Source: Eledone cirrhosa
Lineage: Eukaryota
Assembly (NCBI GenBank): GCA_964016885.1
Contig: OZ024749.1
Location: 45,632,001-45,696,000, forward strand
Length of the DNA: 64,000 nt
Direction of reading: 5' to 3'
The notes beneath the pieces were generated by a model. That model was not told where the DNA came from and searched no databases. It saw only the letters and a program-made list of their open reading frames with translations. Position 1 is the first letter of the stretch. Each line of letters starts with the position of its first letter. Positions 29,155-45,132 of the stretch are shown here, piece after piece. The translations under genes and the position numbers were made by a program.

Positions 29155-31126
29155 TTATATATGTACTTGCGTGTACTTTTGAGGTAATGGACTTCTAATG
29201 TATTTTAACTTTGATATATATTAATGGGATTTTATTTATTTTTTTGTTCGCAGTGTAACTTATGTACATGCGTTATTTATTTGCTTCCCTAAAATGTCAG
29301 ATTTATTTTGAATACCAGCTTCTATATTTCAATTTTTCGAATCACCCCCGCATTTGCAACCTAAATGTAGCAGTCATTCTTGCTCACAAGGTCTGCCAGG
29401 AATATTTACTAACATCTTCTAAATCTATCCCTTTATTTGTAAACTAGTTGGGTCATATTAAACAAAGTAAACCGTGATATAAAATATAGGGGAGACAAGC
29501 TGGTTCGTTGAGTGCTGATAATATTTTGAACATGTGTCGGCTATGTGTGCAATCGTATGCGGATGAAAAGCGATAACATTATATACAATGTATATTAATG
29601 CCAGAGCTTCTACATGTTCAATTCTTGCGCTAGACGTATCAGCTACATCTCATGACAAACACCAAAGATACAAAAGAAAATGTAACAGTTTACTACTATT
29701 AACACTACTTCCAAATAAATTCACCACTAGTTTCACAACGTATTGTCATGTTGATTCTTAATCTAGATATACCCAGCCTAAAGAAACATTGTAATTCAAT
29801 AATTGATATACCATTTAACAAAATTCTAATAGAGAATTACCGTAACTGTTGATAGAAAGCATCCACTTTATTTAGAATATATGGATCGTAATCTTACGAG
29901 TGTGAACACATTTTCTTACTTTCTCTTGAACAAAGACTATTCTATTCTTTTATACTCGATGTTCTTTACATATAACTATATCATTTAGAATTTTGGTTTC
30001 ATGTCATTGAAAGAGTAGCTATATCTTAAACCATACTTAATACATTTAACAGTAAGATATGCATTTGAAATTAGTATGCAACGATGAAACTCCAATAAAA
30101 CCAAATGGCTAATATCAATTTAATTATTTCGGGAAGTATGTGGGTCAAAATTTGGAGATATTGCCTTCTTAAAAGGCGACATCAACGAAAAATATATTTT
30201 CAGTATTTCTGAAGGGCTAGGGGTGCGAATAACAGCACTAAATTACATATCGGAAACTAGTAAAAATTTAGCATATTTTGAAGACTGTTGTTATGCTGAT
30301 TATTATGTTTTGGGATTCAATTACTTCATTTTATAGATAACAACAGATGTTACTTTCCTTTCCAGGTTTCCCCTCATTTAGTAGAGCGTATGTGATGATA
30401 GAATCATATCAATGATACAAGTAAGATAAGCTTTTCTCGTCTATTGACTAATTTCCGGCACTAATACTTACACAAAAATATTCAGTACTAAATTCAAAGA
30501 TATATAGTTAAAGTGAGAACCAATATACGATGGACCAACCAATATGAGATGAAATTTTCAAAAGCAGGAAATACATCAAGGTTAATGTATTTGTCCATAT
30601 GCTACTGATTGTATTAATCTTGAAGTCATCATGAGATGGATTTCAGCATTTATTATATAAGGGAGAAAACCGAAACCTTTCTTTCGATTTAGACCGCTTC
30701 TCACGCGTTTCTGCCTGACTCTTGGTTTGTCAATTATTCTTTCGTACATTTTTAGGACTAAAGCTTTTGTTTTATAATCATTATATATGTAAAATTCATT
30801 CATAACATTTCTCACAAAACAGAATGGGCAGTCTCGCTAGATTGGATATGTTGGCCCACTATCACTTAATAGAGTTTTCATGAAGAAATTTTCCTAATCA
30901 TTTTTTTCAAATAAGTTGAATTTTCTGCATTTTATATTGAATATGTTCTCACTCTCTGCCTGTTGTCAGATAACTATGAGTAATTATATGCTGGGGTGAG
31001 GAGTCGTAATAAGACAGAAACATACCAGAGGTTGTTAGCATACTTCCTCTCAAATCGACTAATCAATCCCAGTATAGTTTCTCCTTAAATAAATAGACTT
31101 ACACTCCCATATATTGGATGAACATT

Positions 31127-31318
31127 GCGGTGGATTGGCAGTTTCAGTAGAGGGTCGGACGCCATGCTTTGACGCATAGAGTTACGCCCCTTGCCATTCT
31201 GAGTTCAAATCCCGCCGAGGTTAACTTTGACTTTCATCCTTACGGGGGTCGATAAAATAAAGTACCAGTAATGTACTGGGTATTTGCTGGCATTGTGCCA
31301 AATTTAGAAACAATTATT
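31127..31318 (+). mobile_element. SINE family A, full length
   Basis: Matches the consensus from head to tail. Confidence 0.94.
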
Positions 31319-34300
31319 ACTAACCCCAATGATTTTCCATACACTTCTGGTGCAATCCAGTCTGATTATTTGATATTGGGGTTGTATTTCTTCGTTCAGT
31401 ATGTTATCTCTCCAACACTTACATATATGAACTATTCACAAAAGGCTAAAGTGAATAGTGTGTGAACATTACTCTCCTTATTAACGTTCATACTACACCC
31501 AGAATCTGATTACATGAGTTGTAGCACGGACACAGTGCTATAAATATGTGAAAACAGGTCCTTAATTTATCAATATCCCACTCATTTGACTATATAACAT
31601 ACCGAGAAAAAATAAATGTAAAACTGAACATTATATGGCATTTTCTCCGGTGTTCCATGTTTCCCCGTTGCCTAAAGCGTGCTGTGTCCTAATATATAAA
31701 TAGGTTTTGTTTTTAGTAATAATTTCTTTAGTATTGGAAATTAATTATTTTATATTAAATCTTTAATGAGTTAATCTTACAAAAAGGTTGTTGGAATAGT
31801 GGTAACTAATTTATATCATTAGCTAATATATGTTCATAAAAAAATCATGAACATGAGTGCACGATTTGCAAAATTTTCTATTTAGATGTAAAAAGAAAAA
31901 CCGCTGCAAATATACAACATAAATAAATAAGCAAATATAATCAACCACATTTTCAAGTGTTTGACATTTTGTTTCGTTTTTCTAGCTAAATGTCATGGTT
32001 TTTGCTCATGCGCTCTAATGTAATTTCCCATTGGAGGAAATAAAATGTAGTTAATTTTTATGTTGGTGTTACGTTTTGTAGGAATTGATTTAAGTGAAAT
32101 TGTTTCATCTTATATGAATCTAGTATACCATACACACGGCAATATATATATATATATAACACTAGTTGGAATTTGTGTTGTCGGATGCACCTTAGACTGA
32201 AGTCGGTGTAATGAAAGATGCGTTAATTTTTTTTTTCAAAGTACGAAAATATGTGTTAGTAATATTTGCATTCAAACCGTGATTTTACGTATGGATGTCG
32301 TTTGTCATAACGATATAAATGTCAGAAATGCTGGAATGACACGAAATCATCACCCACGTTTTAAAATATTACCCAATCGGAAGGTTTATTAAGTTGGTTA
32401 AGGGGGGAAATCCAAAATGTCCCCATCTGTGTGGCTCTAAAACTCAAAATCTCTCTTGATTCCTAGGAAAATCGATTATCAGTTTCCACTCTTATGATTG
32501 TTGATTAAAAAAAAAAAAACACAAATACTTTCCCGTACTTTATCAGACCAACACAACTGGAAGATTAATCACACATAATTCCCTTGTAAACACATTATAT
32601 TCATTGCAGTCACGTAGAATAAGTGATAATTGTTCAAGTGCTAAATGCACTCGAAAAATATATTTATTATTCCACGCGTTATTACTTTAACGTAAAATTA
32701 TCATATCATTTCTCGCCCATGTTTTCATTATGCTAAATATCTCAGCTTCCTTATATGGAAATCATAAATAGAACATTGGATATTTATTTGATCAGTAAGA
32801 AGCTCACTCACATCGACGAAGAATACATAATATATACATTTACTTTTACTAACTTTGACGATGTATTTTTATATTTATGGATTAACATAAAGCAACTAAA
32901 CAGATAAAAAACATATTTTATCTTAGCGAATACACGTGTTTACTTACATGGCAAAGACGTTTACCATGAAATCGGTATAGACATGCATATCAAACCTGTA
33001 TCATATAGATTGTGAGTTTTCATGTGGTTGAATTATTTACACCATTAGTGTATAGCTTGGAGCTGTTTACAGTATAGAAATATACGCTTTCATTTTAAGA
33101 GTTACTATGTCGGATTGCTTAAAGCTGTCAGAATTGTATCCTCGTAAATTCTGCACCGCTTTCTAGCAAATCCACATGCAAAACCACATGCAAAACCAAC
33201 ACAACTTATATATCGATAACACTCTCTTCAGTGTATCTCTTTTACAGTAAACAGTCGTTTTCTACTATAATTTATTATGATAGAATATACCGTAATTTAA
33301 CATCTCGTTACACCCTACTATTGAGGAATGTTTTGGCAAGGAATAAGAGAAGACGATTTCGTTGAAAGAAAACAAACAAAAAAAGTATCGTATCATTACT
33401 TACCGACCCAATAAGCATGTAGAACCTTCCCAAATGTTTAGGGCGATTTATGTTTATAAGTAAACAGTTTAATTCATTTACTTATTCAATAGACAAATCA
33501 CACCGACTCTCATATATCGTCCAACTGAAAGTATTGAAATTGGAGAGCATCTATATTGCCTGTACATATTTACTGTTAACATGCTTAGAAAATTTACTAC
33601 TATATAACATTTACTTCCTTCTAACGAATATATACCATTAGTTGTTTGCTATTCGTCACAGAACATGTTGATTTCAAGCCTAATTGAAAGACCATGATTG
33701 TGATTTAATGCATATTTTATTTGGACATATATCTATCCTCTAACACATTGTGGAAATGAAAACAAAAAGGCCAAATTTCCCATAGCTACGTACATTAAAA
33801 TGATTCCATGTTTAAAAATCAATATTAGGCAGCAAAAAGTATCTGTTGAATTTAACGTTAAATCGGTAATTTAATTCACCAACATGATGTTGGACAATAT
33901 TTCATAAGTAAATCTCAAAGTTTCACCACAGTCAGTTTTTCATTCATGTATCACTATAAAGTTTTCGCTCTTATTTCTAATTGTGTTTCACTAAATCAAA
34001 CATCATTTGAGTAGAAAATTTGTTGACGAAACAGAAAATACTCTTCATATCGAGAGTAACGAAGAAAACAAATATAGATATATGAAAATGTTTAGTCATG
34101 ATGGTGTAGAATTATTTTTAAAACTATTTTCTGCATATATAGTTTCTCTAGGACTATATTATGCAATAAGTTACATTTTTTTAGATGATAAGGTGTGCTG
34201 AGGGAAGTTTGATTGTTATATTTAGCAGATCAAGTTCACGCATCGAAGATCAGTAATTCACTAGTGAGTTTTATCGTTTATTCTCTGGGGAAAGACATCT

Positions 34301-35888
34301 TCACAATGCCAGTAAAACAAACCAATTATTTATTTGGTATGTTTTCTAAAGAATTCACAGTGAAGGAAGTTTAAACCGAAATGATACAAAACGAACCGAA
34401 ACGAAATACAATGAACCGTTGCTTGTTTTGCCCTCATATTTCTTCATTTAATTGTTATTGTATTGTATGGTATTATATTCGATTATAAACATTTCATTTC
34501 TAAAATATAATTTCATTCTGAGTTTCACAGGTTCACTGGTTTTACAAAATGCAATATATTGTTATCATTATTATTATTATTGTTATTATTATTATTATTA
34601 TTAACAATTTAATTTTTCGTATTGTTCGTTCCTTAGGGAATATTCTTCTACACTTAACGATAGTTTAATAATTACGTTACAGACACATGAACTTATGCTA
34701 ATATGATAACAATTGTTAGCCGGGTCAGCAGTTTTGAATTACGCACGTTGGCAGTAACACATTCTACTGTGAAATATTAATAACAAAAATGTTACAAATT
34801 AAAAAAAAAAACAAAAAAAAAAAAAAAAACATAGATACTATTACCAAGCTATATATCTTCTAAGAAATTAGCAATATCCTCAGCACTTAATATTTTAACA
34901 CCTCCGACCAACCTTCAGAATCTTGTTCAAATCCAGGCTGAAATATCATTTTTTTCAATTTTTTTTCTGTTCATATTAATAACCCCGCCGGCATATTATA
35001 TCGCAGCAAGGTGTTCCTTTCTGAGCTGCCTTAAGCCTGCCAGGAACATGCATGCTCAGTTGGACGGCAAATTTTAGAATCACTCCACTATTTTACCCTG
35101 CAGACAAGACCTGACCTCCAGCTAAAATGTCATCGATATGTTTCGGGAACGTTCTAGGGTTAGAAAAGTTCAGCGCCTCAAGCAATGTTGCTAAATGGCT
35201 TGGGGTTTTTGATAACGGTTCTACATATTTCTTCCATCAGTTTAGTCATCGTCATCATCACAATATTATAAATATATTCATCATAATCGTTATCATCATC
35301 TTCATCAAAACCATCCAACATCACCATCAGCAATATCACGAACAACACAAACACAACCACTCCCATCTTAATCATTTTCGCCTTCACAATGACCACGATA
35401 AAAATCATTCTACTCCAAACTCATCATCATCGTCATCATCGTCGTCGGCGTTGTCGTCGTTAGAACCATCATCATCGTTATAAACCTCCCGTTCTTCATC
35501 ATGTACCTCGTCATAGTTATCATCATCGTTGTTACAAACAACATCGTCATCAACATCATCGTCATCTTCATCTGAAACTGATCATCAGCATCATCAATAT
35601 CATTATTTGTCTTTCCTAGAAGAATTTTTCGTCATTAATTTCTTTCTTCGTTTTTATAAATGTTACCATTGCCACCCTTAAACGGACCACCACCACAACC
35701 ACCACCATAAATACCCGAAACCACCATAAACCCCTAAACCAGTACCACAACGACAACGACAACAAGGTTTGTCAATTATTTCTGGTCTCACACCAAGAGG
35801 TGCATTGAATACCAGAAAATAAGAATAGCAATATTTTTTGTCACATACGATGGGTAACCACCGTGAAATAAAAAAAAATGTGTTTCGT

Positions 35889-35957
<69 letters not shown>

Positions 35958-36170
35958 TCCGCTTTTGCCCAAATATATTTTCAGCCCAAGACATTATGTA
36001 GACATACACACACACCCACAGACTACCCCACACCCAACATATATGTATACATATATATTGATAGATATATGTGTGTTTCTGTGTACGTAGATTCACACCT
36101 ATATGTATGCAAAGCTGACGTTGGGGAAGGGCTAATCTATTACCATCATACCCATCCCCGCCTCTACTAA

Positions 36171-36246
<76 letters not shown>

Positions 36247-36306
36247 GTATATATATATATATGTACGCATACACACAGTCAGACAGAAAGAGAGAGAGAG
36301 AGATAG

Positions 36307-36384
<78 letters not shown>

Positions 36385-36393
36385 TGTGTTTGT

Positions 36394-36506
<113 letters not shown>

Positions 36507-37012
36507 AATAGCTAGACGGACATGATATAACAAATAAGGGCACTCGCAATTTGAAATCAACTTAATTGCCTTATAGAAACTGTATAATGTATCGTACCTT
36601 AGTAAACACTGCTTTCATGCATAGACTATAGTAATATGTCGCCAAGTATTACTCTATCTTTAAGAAATATGTTTTCATCTTCGTTCACTAAATTATATTA
36701 TTCATTTCTTTTTACTTAGTATGGACGGTATTATATCAAAGACAACATGCTCTCTTTTGATGATGGGACCTTTTGTGAAATTTGATGATATATTATCCCT
36801 CGTAGATCAAAAGCCAAATCATTTTCAACATTTCAGTTTTCAGGATACTTGTCAGAATTATTTTTCATTTGGTTCGTGTATATCATGTGTATATCACGTG
36901 CACACAGAGAGTCAATATTTTATACATTATTCACAAATCATTCAGACTGCACGCGTATGCACATATCAACATGTATAAACAAACACACAGATATAGACAC
37001 GCACATACTTAA

Positions 37013-37058
<46 letters not shown>

Positions 37059-37117
37059 AAGATGAATATAAAATAAAAGTGCTTTTTTTAAAAAGGAATT
37101 TATTATTGATGACCTGA

Positions 37118-37291
<174 letters not shown>

Positions 37292-37390
37292 GGAGGGAGA
37301 TAGAGAGAGATATATAAGAATTGGTCGTAGCTACGGCAGCGAAGCCCCTTTGCCTAGCTAAATCATATGTCAAACTTTATATAGTCATAT

Positions 37391-37807
37391 AGGCAGAAGG
37401 TACGCAAGAATTAGCCGGTACTGTTACAATATTGGAAATAATAATACGTGTTTATAACATGATAGCTTTATTTAAAATATTGCATACATTTCATTGCACA
37501 TAGAAGAATTGGTCGTAAGTACGGCAGCGAAGCCACTTTGCTTTGCTAAATCATGAGCATATAAACAGTTTGACTTATGATTTAGCAAAGCAAAGAGGCT
37601 TCGCTGCCGTAGTTGCGATTAATTCTTCTATATGCAATGAAAATATAAGCAATATTTTAAATAAAACTTTCATGTTATAAACACGTAGTATTATTTCCAA
37701 TAAAGTACCAGTAATGAACTGATTATTTGCTGGCCTTGTGCTTAAAGTAGAAACAATTATTTCCAATATCGTAACACTACCGGCTAATTCTTGCGTACCT
37801 TCTGCCT
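37391..37807. repeat. fold-back palindrome (arms ~167 bp) with a SINE inserted in the right arm
   Basis: 37391-37557 is the reverse complement of 37574-37807 once the SINE is removed. A third partial copy lies at ~37316-37376. Confidence 0.92.
37700..37761 (+). mobile_element. SINE family A, 3' fragment
   Basis: TSD ATTATTTCCAATA at 37690-37702 and 37756-37768. The empty site is preserved in the opposite palindrome arm. Confidence 0.93.
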
Positions 37808-38574
37808 TAGCAGAGTTAATAGCTGTCTGAAATAGTTACTTGCCTATAACATTTTGATATCTTCGTTACTGGTGCGTCCATCTGGCCTATTTGCTGGGAA
37901 TTGATAATTCGTAATGCTCAAAAACGAGTTCACCCTTTGACTATGAATATTCTAATCTTCGATATAATGTGTCGACTGCCATAGAGAGAGACAGCATTGG
38001 AGAACATGATTTTCGTCAGACTGAAATGAAGATCACTGTTTACATATATATATATTTATATAGTTATCCTTTAACAATGACATACATATATACATACATA
38101 TAAACCGATATACACATATGCACACATACAAACGTGCATGTATATATACAGACAAAGATACATGCATATGTAACAGTCTATATGTACAGATATTTCAAGA
38201 TTATTTTGTTATAACAACAAATATTATTAATTTATCCATATCCTGTTTACAATACACTTATCTTCGACGATATAGATATATGAACTAGTGAGGAGAATGG
38301 GTGAAAATGATAGAACAGATACACGGGTGAGTAATGAAATGTGAATTAGAGAAAAGCAGATGAAAATATGAAATATTGTTGTTTGAGAAGGTGATATATA
38401 CAACGTTAAATAGATACGTAGAGGAGAATAAATATATATATATATATATATATACATATACACACACACATTTATATAATATGTGTGTGGCTGTATATGT
38501 ATATATATGATTTATCTATATATATGTATCTATATGTATATATATGTATCTATATGTATATATATGTATATATT

Positions 38575-38606
<32 letters not shown>

Positions 38607-39377
38607 TATATAGATATATATAGATATATATATGTATGTATAATGATATAAAGAGGTATGAAGAAAGAAAGTGTGAGAGAAAATAGGAAATAGTGAGAGA
38701 GGTGAGGTATGCGCTGGGAGATTTGAAGAAGGATAATATTCGTACAAAGAATTTACGTTAAGTTATGATTTCGGAAATATATCTTGTACAAATTCCTAAA
38801 TTTGACGTTGAATAAAATAACTCAGATTTAAATGCATACACAAAAGAATAGATTTTAGAACGTTCCGACAATTTTCATAACTTTAAATTTATATCAGGTT
38901 AGATGAGGATATATTTCAATAGTAATTTGCAGGGGGTAGAATTAATGAGAGTGTGAAAAATATATTCACTAATTAATTAAAGAATTATCAATATATGAAA
39001 TGTATGTATTTTTTCTTCTTAAATATAAATTTTACAAATTAATATTTACATCCACTATGGGTATATCTTATGTTTTTCGTTTATGATTTTGAGATTTTGT
39101 TTAGCTTTTGGGTGAGATATATGATATATTTAAATTTGATTAAGTTATTTTTATTATATAGACTTCGAAAGGAATATATATCAAATTGTAATGTAATAAT
39201 CAAGTCAAAAGACTCTTTCAATCGATCTTTCTTCTTATCTAACCATATATCTCGGTGACAGCATATATACATATAATATGTTATATATTTTTTAATAAAT
39301 ATATATATGTATATATATGTGTGTGTATATACATATATATATACATATACATACATATATATATATACACAGACACC

Positions 39378-39440
<63 letters not shown>

Positions 39441-39548
39441 ATATATATACACGTATATATATATATTATATATATATATATATGTGTATATATATATATA
39501 TTATATATATAAATATATATATATATGTGTATATATATATATATATAT

Positions 39549-39598
<50 letters not shown>

Positions 39599-40079
39599 AT
39601 ATATACATGTGTGTGTGTGTGTGTGTATGTATAAGCGTGCGTGTATATCTATGTGTTTGTAATTGTGTACGTGTGTGATTCTCTGTGTTTCTGTATTTCG
39701 TATATTTGGGGATTTTAGCTAGGAATATTTTATTTTAATTTATATTTAATCTTCTTGTATTTTATTCACTCCTTCACTATATTGTTAGTGATATTATGTT
39801 ATCTATTTTATTATGAAAATTATCATAACACATTTAACATTTAACAACTGCTTGAAAATATTTTTTTTTATATTGTTGATGTATGTGTTATTCCTTGTGT
39901 GTGTTTGGATGTGTGTGTTTAACTGACAAAAGCAAAACATATGAAAGCTATCAGGACTCTTTAACTTTACTATCATAAACACATTAAGATGAATATATAT
40001 GAGCTTTAATATTAACAAAGAACACACACACAAACACTCTAAAAATGTATACATATACTCATCATACATACATAAATAA

Positions 40080-40113
<34 letters not shown>

Positions 40114-40143
40114 TTATATATATATATACATATATATTTATTT

Positions 40144-40174
<31 letters not shown>

Positions 40175-41234
40175 GACACATGCTTACATACTTACATACA
40201 TACAAACATACTTGCATACATACATATATACGTACGTACATACTTACATATATACATATATGCATACATATATATAATGGTAGATTCTATCCGTTTATCT
40301 GAAGTTTCAGACATTTTATCACTGATATATTTGCTCGTTTCTTTCTTTTTTTTTTTTTTTTTGGTAATTTTTCGTAGAGTGTGCCATCACATAATCTCTC
40401 ACTGCCTCATTGGAAGCAAACGAGCAAAGAACCAGGTTTAAAAATTAATTATATCTCTATCAATATTACAAAGAACACAAATGGATCTTGCACAAAACAA
40501 CAGCTATTATCAGATACTTTACTAAGACATTAACCTGTCCCATTATATGACAATACCATTACCGTTACCATAACATGTTGATTTGTTGTACAGTCATTCA
40601 TTCACTCACTCTCTCACACACACTTGCTTATACATATGCATAGGTGTGTGTGTGTGCTTTCAGCACACGCATAAGTGAGGAGGCACATATTATAAATTGT
40701 TGATTTCCTGAAATATATATACATATACGTACATGTATAAGCCTTCAGACAACACACATATAGAGGAGCAGAAAAGCTTCTCTCTATACGTATTGTGTGC
40801 ATAAGTTTTGATACATTTATTTTAATTTGTTGATATATAATACACAGATAGAGAGGTAAATGGGTCCACAAACACACACAACCCCATGCACCAACATACA
40901 CACATAAATATACACAGCCAGATAGACACACACATATATCAAATACAGAGGTGAATTCTTTGGAAGGCAAGGGGCTTTTATCTGGTTCATTCTTTTAACA
41001 GTTCTTTCTTTCAATCAAGTAAAACTTTACAAAATATCTGCGGGAAAGTGCATATATGTCACTACCCAATACACCTTCAGTGTGTAGTGTTTTACGGGCT
41101 TTACCCACTGGGCAGTGGTCATACGAAAGGGCTACCACTAGTAAATTCACTGTGATGAGACATTTACCACAGAAAATATTTGCTTGCTAGTCTATAGAAA
41201 AAAAATGATTTCTCATCATATTATTTCAAATGAA

Positions 41235-41428
41235 GGCGGTGGAGTGACAGTATCGGTAGAGGGTCGGCCGCCCTGCTTTGCTGAATCGTGTTATGGCCCT
41301 TTATGATCTGATTGCAAATCCCACCGGGGTCAATAAAATAATGTACCAGTCACGCACTGGGGTCGATTTAATCGAATTTCCGCTCCCCGAAAATTGCTGG
41401 CATTGTGCCTATATAAGAAACCATTATT
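41235..41428 (+). mobile_element. SINE family A, long-tail subfamily
   Basis: Extra segment GGGGTCGATTTAATCGA...CCCCGAAA before TTGCTGGC, and a deletion after the B box. TSD ATTATTTCAAATGA at 41220-41233 and 41423-41436. Confidence 0.9.
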
Positions 41429-43021
41429 TCAAATGACAAACATGAAATTGTCACACACAAAACCAAACAGTCACGTTCTAACGCACACTCAAGCAGACGA
41501 AGTCACAAATTCGTCTAACGTATTGGTTTGTTCAGGGTATATGGATTATATCTATGCTAATTGCTGGCATCTGTGATTAAAGAACCTTCTGAATATCATC
41601 GAAACCAGAAAGAGAACATACAAAAGGAAGAATTTGTACAAGGCACAGTATAGTTGTCAAGCTAAGGTTGGTACTTTATCATACAAGGTTATCTGTATCT
41701 TATTGTGTGTTTCCCCGCAGAGGTCAGCTTTGGTTTTGTATCCGTCTGGATACTCAAGATATTTTACTCTGATCTTCATAATGCGAACTATGAGTAAGAA
41801 TTATTTTTCTATTTTCGCTTAATGCCGGAAGGTAAATAGGACATTGCAAGTGTAATGTGTGGGTCGTCTTCAACGCGCAGTCACTCTTAATTAGAAATGT
41901 CCATTTACTATAATATTAACTTCACATGATAACTAATACAAAATCTAAAGTAACTTCAATTCAGACTCCTATTTTTCCTTCTCTCTTGTCTCCTTTCGCT
42001 TTGTTTAATTCAATTTTCCCACTCTCCTACAATAATTGGAATATCTAATCTATAGTAAAAGATAATAGTATAAAGATATGGAAACTGGCAAATAACGAAA
42101 ATAAAAAAATAATAATAACAATAGAATTAAAATAAACTATTGGAGGAAATAAAAAAAACAAGGCAAATACTACAACGTATCAACAAATATTTTATATTAG
42201 AAAGACTAACAAAATCTTCCAGAGTAAATGAAAAACGTAAGACAAACATTGATTGTAAAACAAGAGTTCGCAGGGAATAAATGTTGGTATAGTGAAAGTA
42301 TATGGGCTAATATCATGTAAGCTTCCAGATTGCCAGAGCCAGCCCCTCTAATAAAATGAAGGAAAAACATAACACAAAGAACAACATTGATATTAGTAAA
42401 ATAACTACAAAAACAACGGCTACTGCCACACCACCAGGAAAAACAACAATTCCAAGAAAACAATGGAGAAAACATCCTTTGGAAATAAACTAATCCCATA
42501 GTTGATTGATTATATCAGCTGTAACGGAATCTCAAAGTTGGTTATGTTATATAAAAACAAAAAAAAAGGAATAACAAAACGAAAGCAACAACAATAACAA
42601 CAACACCACCACCACCAACAAAAACAGCATAAACAATAACAAGAGAAAGTAAAAGCCCATAAAACGTAGGGGGGAGAGTATAATTGATTATGTGAACCTA
42701 GGTTCCACAGTTTAAATCAATCGCTTGATCTCATGTGCTGACCTTATGTTTATTCCGACTCCACAATCTATTGATAGCTGTCTGCTGAGTGCAAACATCT
42801 CTTCATAGACCTCATTGTGTTGGGTAATTGAAGCTCATGGCTTCCCGTATTAAGGATTATTGAGTTTTTCAAAATGAAATTTGATGGTGCTACAACCGGA
42901 AATCGTTTCGGCTATCTTTTATAAATGATGAGTTTTTGTTCTCTACATCCTTTCTGCTTTCGTTTTTTTTTATTATTTCTTTTTATATTTTCCTTTTTCT
43001 TAATCACATTTATGCGTGTTC

Positions 43022-43116
<95 letters not shown>

Positions 43117-43184
43117 TTATTTATATATATATATGTATGTATATATATGTTTGTGTGTGTGTGTATATATATATATATGTGTGA

Positions 43185-43230
<46 letters not shown>

Positions 43231-43823
43231 CTGTGTGTGTGTGTGTGTGTATATATGTATATATATATATATACATGTATATATATATATATATATTTAT
43301 TTTTGTTTGTTTCTGTTTCTTTATGTTGAATCTTACTTTTTCTGTTCTACTATCGAAGACATCATCAGTCGTAAACAGTAATAAAACACACATATACACA
43401 CACACATACATACACACACTCACGCACCCACACACTCACAGACATACACATACACATTGCACATACATATACACATACAAAAAAAAACTATTTATATATT
43501 CATATATTTACCAAGATACACATACATTCAAACACACTGGGATACACAGCATACACAAATACAAAAACATGAAGCAATTTCTTGCTTGCTTCCTTATATG
43601 TTTGTCACTTCATAGAGTGGAGACGCCCTGCCCAGTTCTTTTCCGCCCGCTTTCATTTTTTTCTCTAACCTTGCCAAAGATAACACATAGCTTAACAGCG
43701 AACATTAGTTATGAAAGCGGAAGGAAGTGTTTGAGACAAGGTTTGACTTGAAATAAGTTGGCTTCCATCACAATTATTTTCGACCGAAGCCGAATGACAA
43801 AAATAATATTATTAATAACAACA

Positions 43824-44013
43824 GGCGGTGGATTGGCAGTATCGATAGAGGGTCAGACGCCATGCTTTCCAGCATAGTTACGTCCCTTTACGATATGAGT
43901 TCAAATCCCGCCGAGGTTGACTTTGCCTTTCATCCTTACGGGGTAGATAAAATAAAGTACCAGTAATGCACTGAGTATTTGCTGGCCTTGTGCCTAAAGT
44001 AGAAACAATTATT
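43824..44013 (+). mobile_element. SINE family A, first of a tandem pair
   Basis: Near-consensus copy. TSD ATTATTAATAACAACAGG at 43808-43825 and 44008-44025. Confidence 0.95.
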
Positions 44014-44023
44014 AATAACAACA

Positions 44024-44215
44024 GGACGGTGATAGACTGGCACTATCGGTAGAGGGTCCGACATGCTTTCCAGCATAGTTACGTCCCTTTACGATCTAAG
44101 TTCAAATCCCGCCGAGGTTAACTTTGCCTTTCATCCTTACGGGGTCGATAAAATAAAGTACCAGTAATGTACTGGATTAATTGCTGGCCTTGTGCCAAAA
44201 GTAGAAACAATTATT
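44024..44215 (+). mobile_element. SINE family A, second of a tandem pair
   Basis: Near-consensus copy followed by a third copy of the target, ATTATTAATAACAA, at 44210-44223. Confidence 0.95.
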
Positions 44216-44242
44216 AATAACAAGAGCACAAGCAGATGCGGT

Positions 44243-44311
44243 AGCAGCATCAGCATCAGCATCAGTAGTAGTAGTAGTAGTAGTAGTATCAGTAGCAGCA
44301 GCAACAGCAGC

Positions 44312-44354
<43 letters not shown>

Positions 44355-44491
44355 TCGGTGGGGGTATTAGTAGTTATTTTGTCGATCTCAACATCATCAT
44401 CATCGCACTCGTTTAACATTCATCTTCTATGCTAGCATGGGTAGGACTAGTAGTCCTGGTAGTTGTAATAGCAGCTGCAGCCACAGTAGTC

Positions 44492-44538
<47 letters not shown>

Positions 44539-44540
44539 CA
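44243..44540. repeat. (GCA)n/(GTA)n microsatellites
   Basis: Directly visible. Confidence 0.96.
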
Positions 44541-44742
44541 GAACCACAACAGCAGTAACATCAGAAGACGCCAATTTATCATTCACTTTACACGTTAAAA
44601 CTAAATAAGCTTATCAAATTTTTGGGGTGGCATTTAAATTTATTGCCGTTTTTATAAATTTATATCTTTAAATATGTGATCGAAGGAGTGGATTGGAACA
44701 CGCCTACATCTGTATTGATATGAATATATCGATATATCCCTC

Positions 44743-44781
<39 letters not shown>

Positions 44782-44832
44782 CATGCATATATATATATAT
44801 GTGTGGATGTATATATATGTGTATATATATAT

Positions 44833-44878
<46 letters not shown>

Positions 44879-44891
44879 ATGTATATATATA

Positions 44892-45049
<158 letters not shown>

Positions 45050-45087
45050 GCACATAGACATATATATATATTCACACACATATATAT

Positions 45088-45132
<45 letters not shown>

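Noticed and set aside
43330-43375. Minus-strand CTGATGA...GAAA
   Set aside because: Stem II pairs poorly and no stem III, NUH or stem I can be formed.
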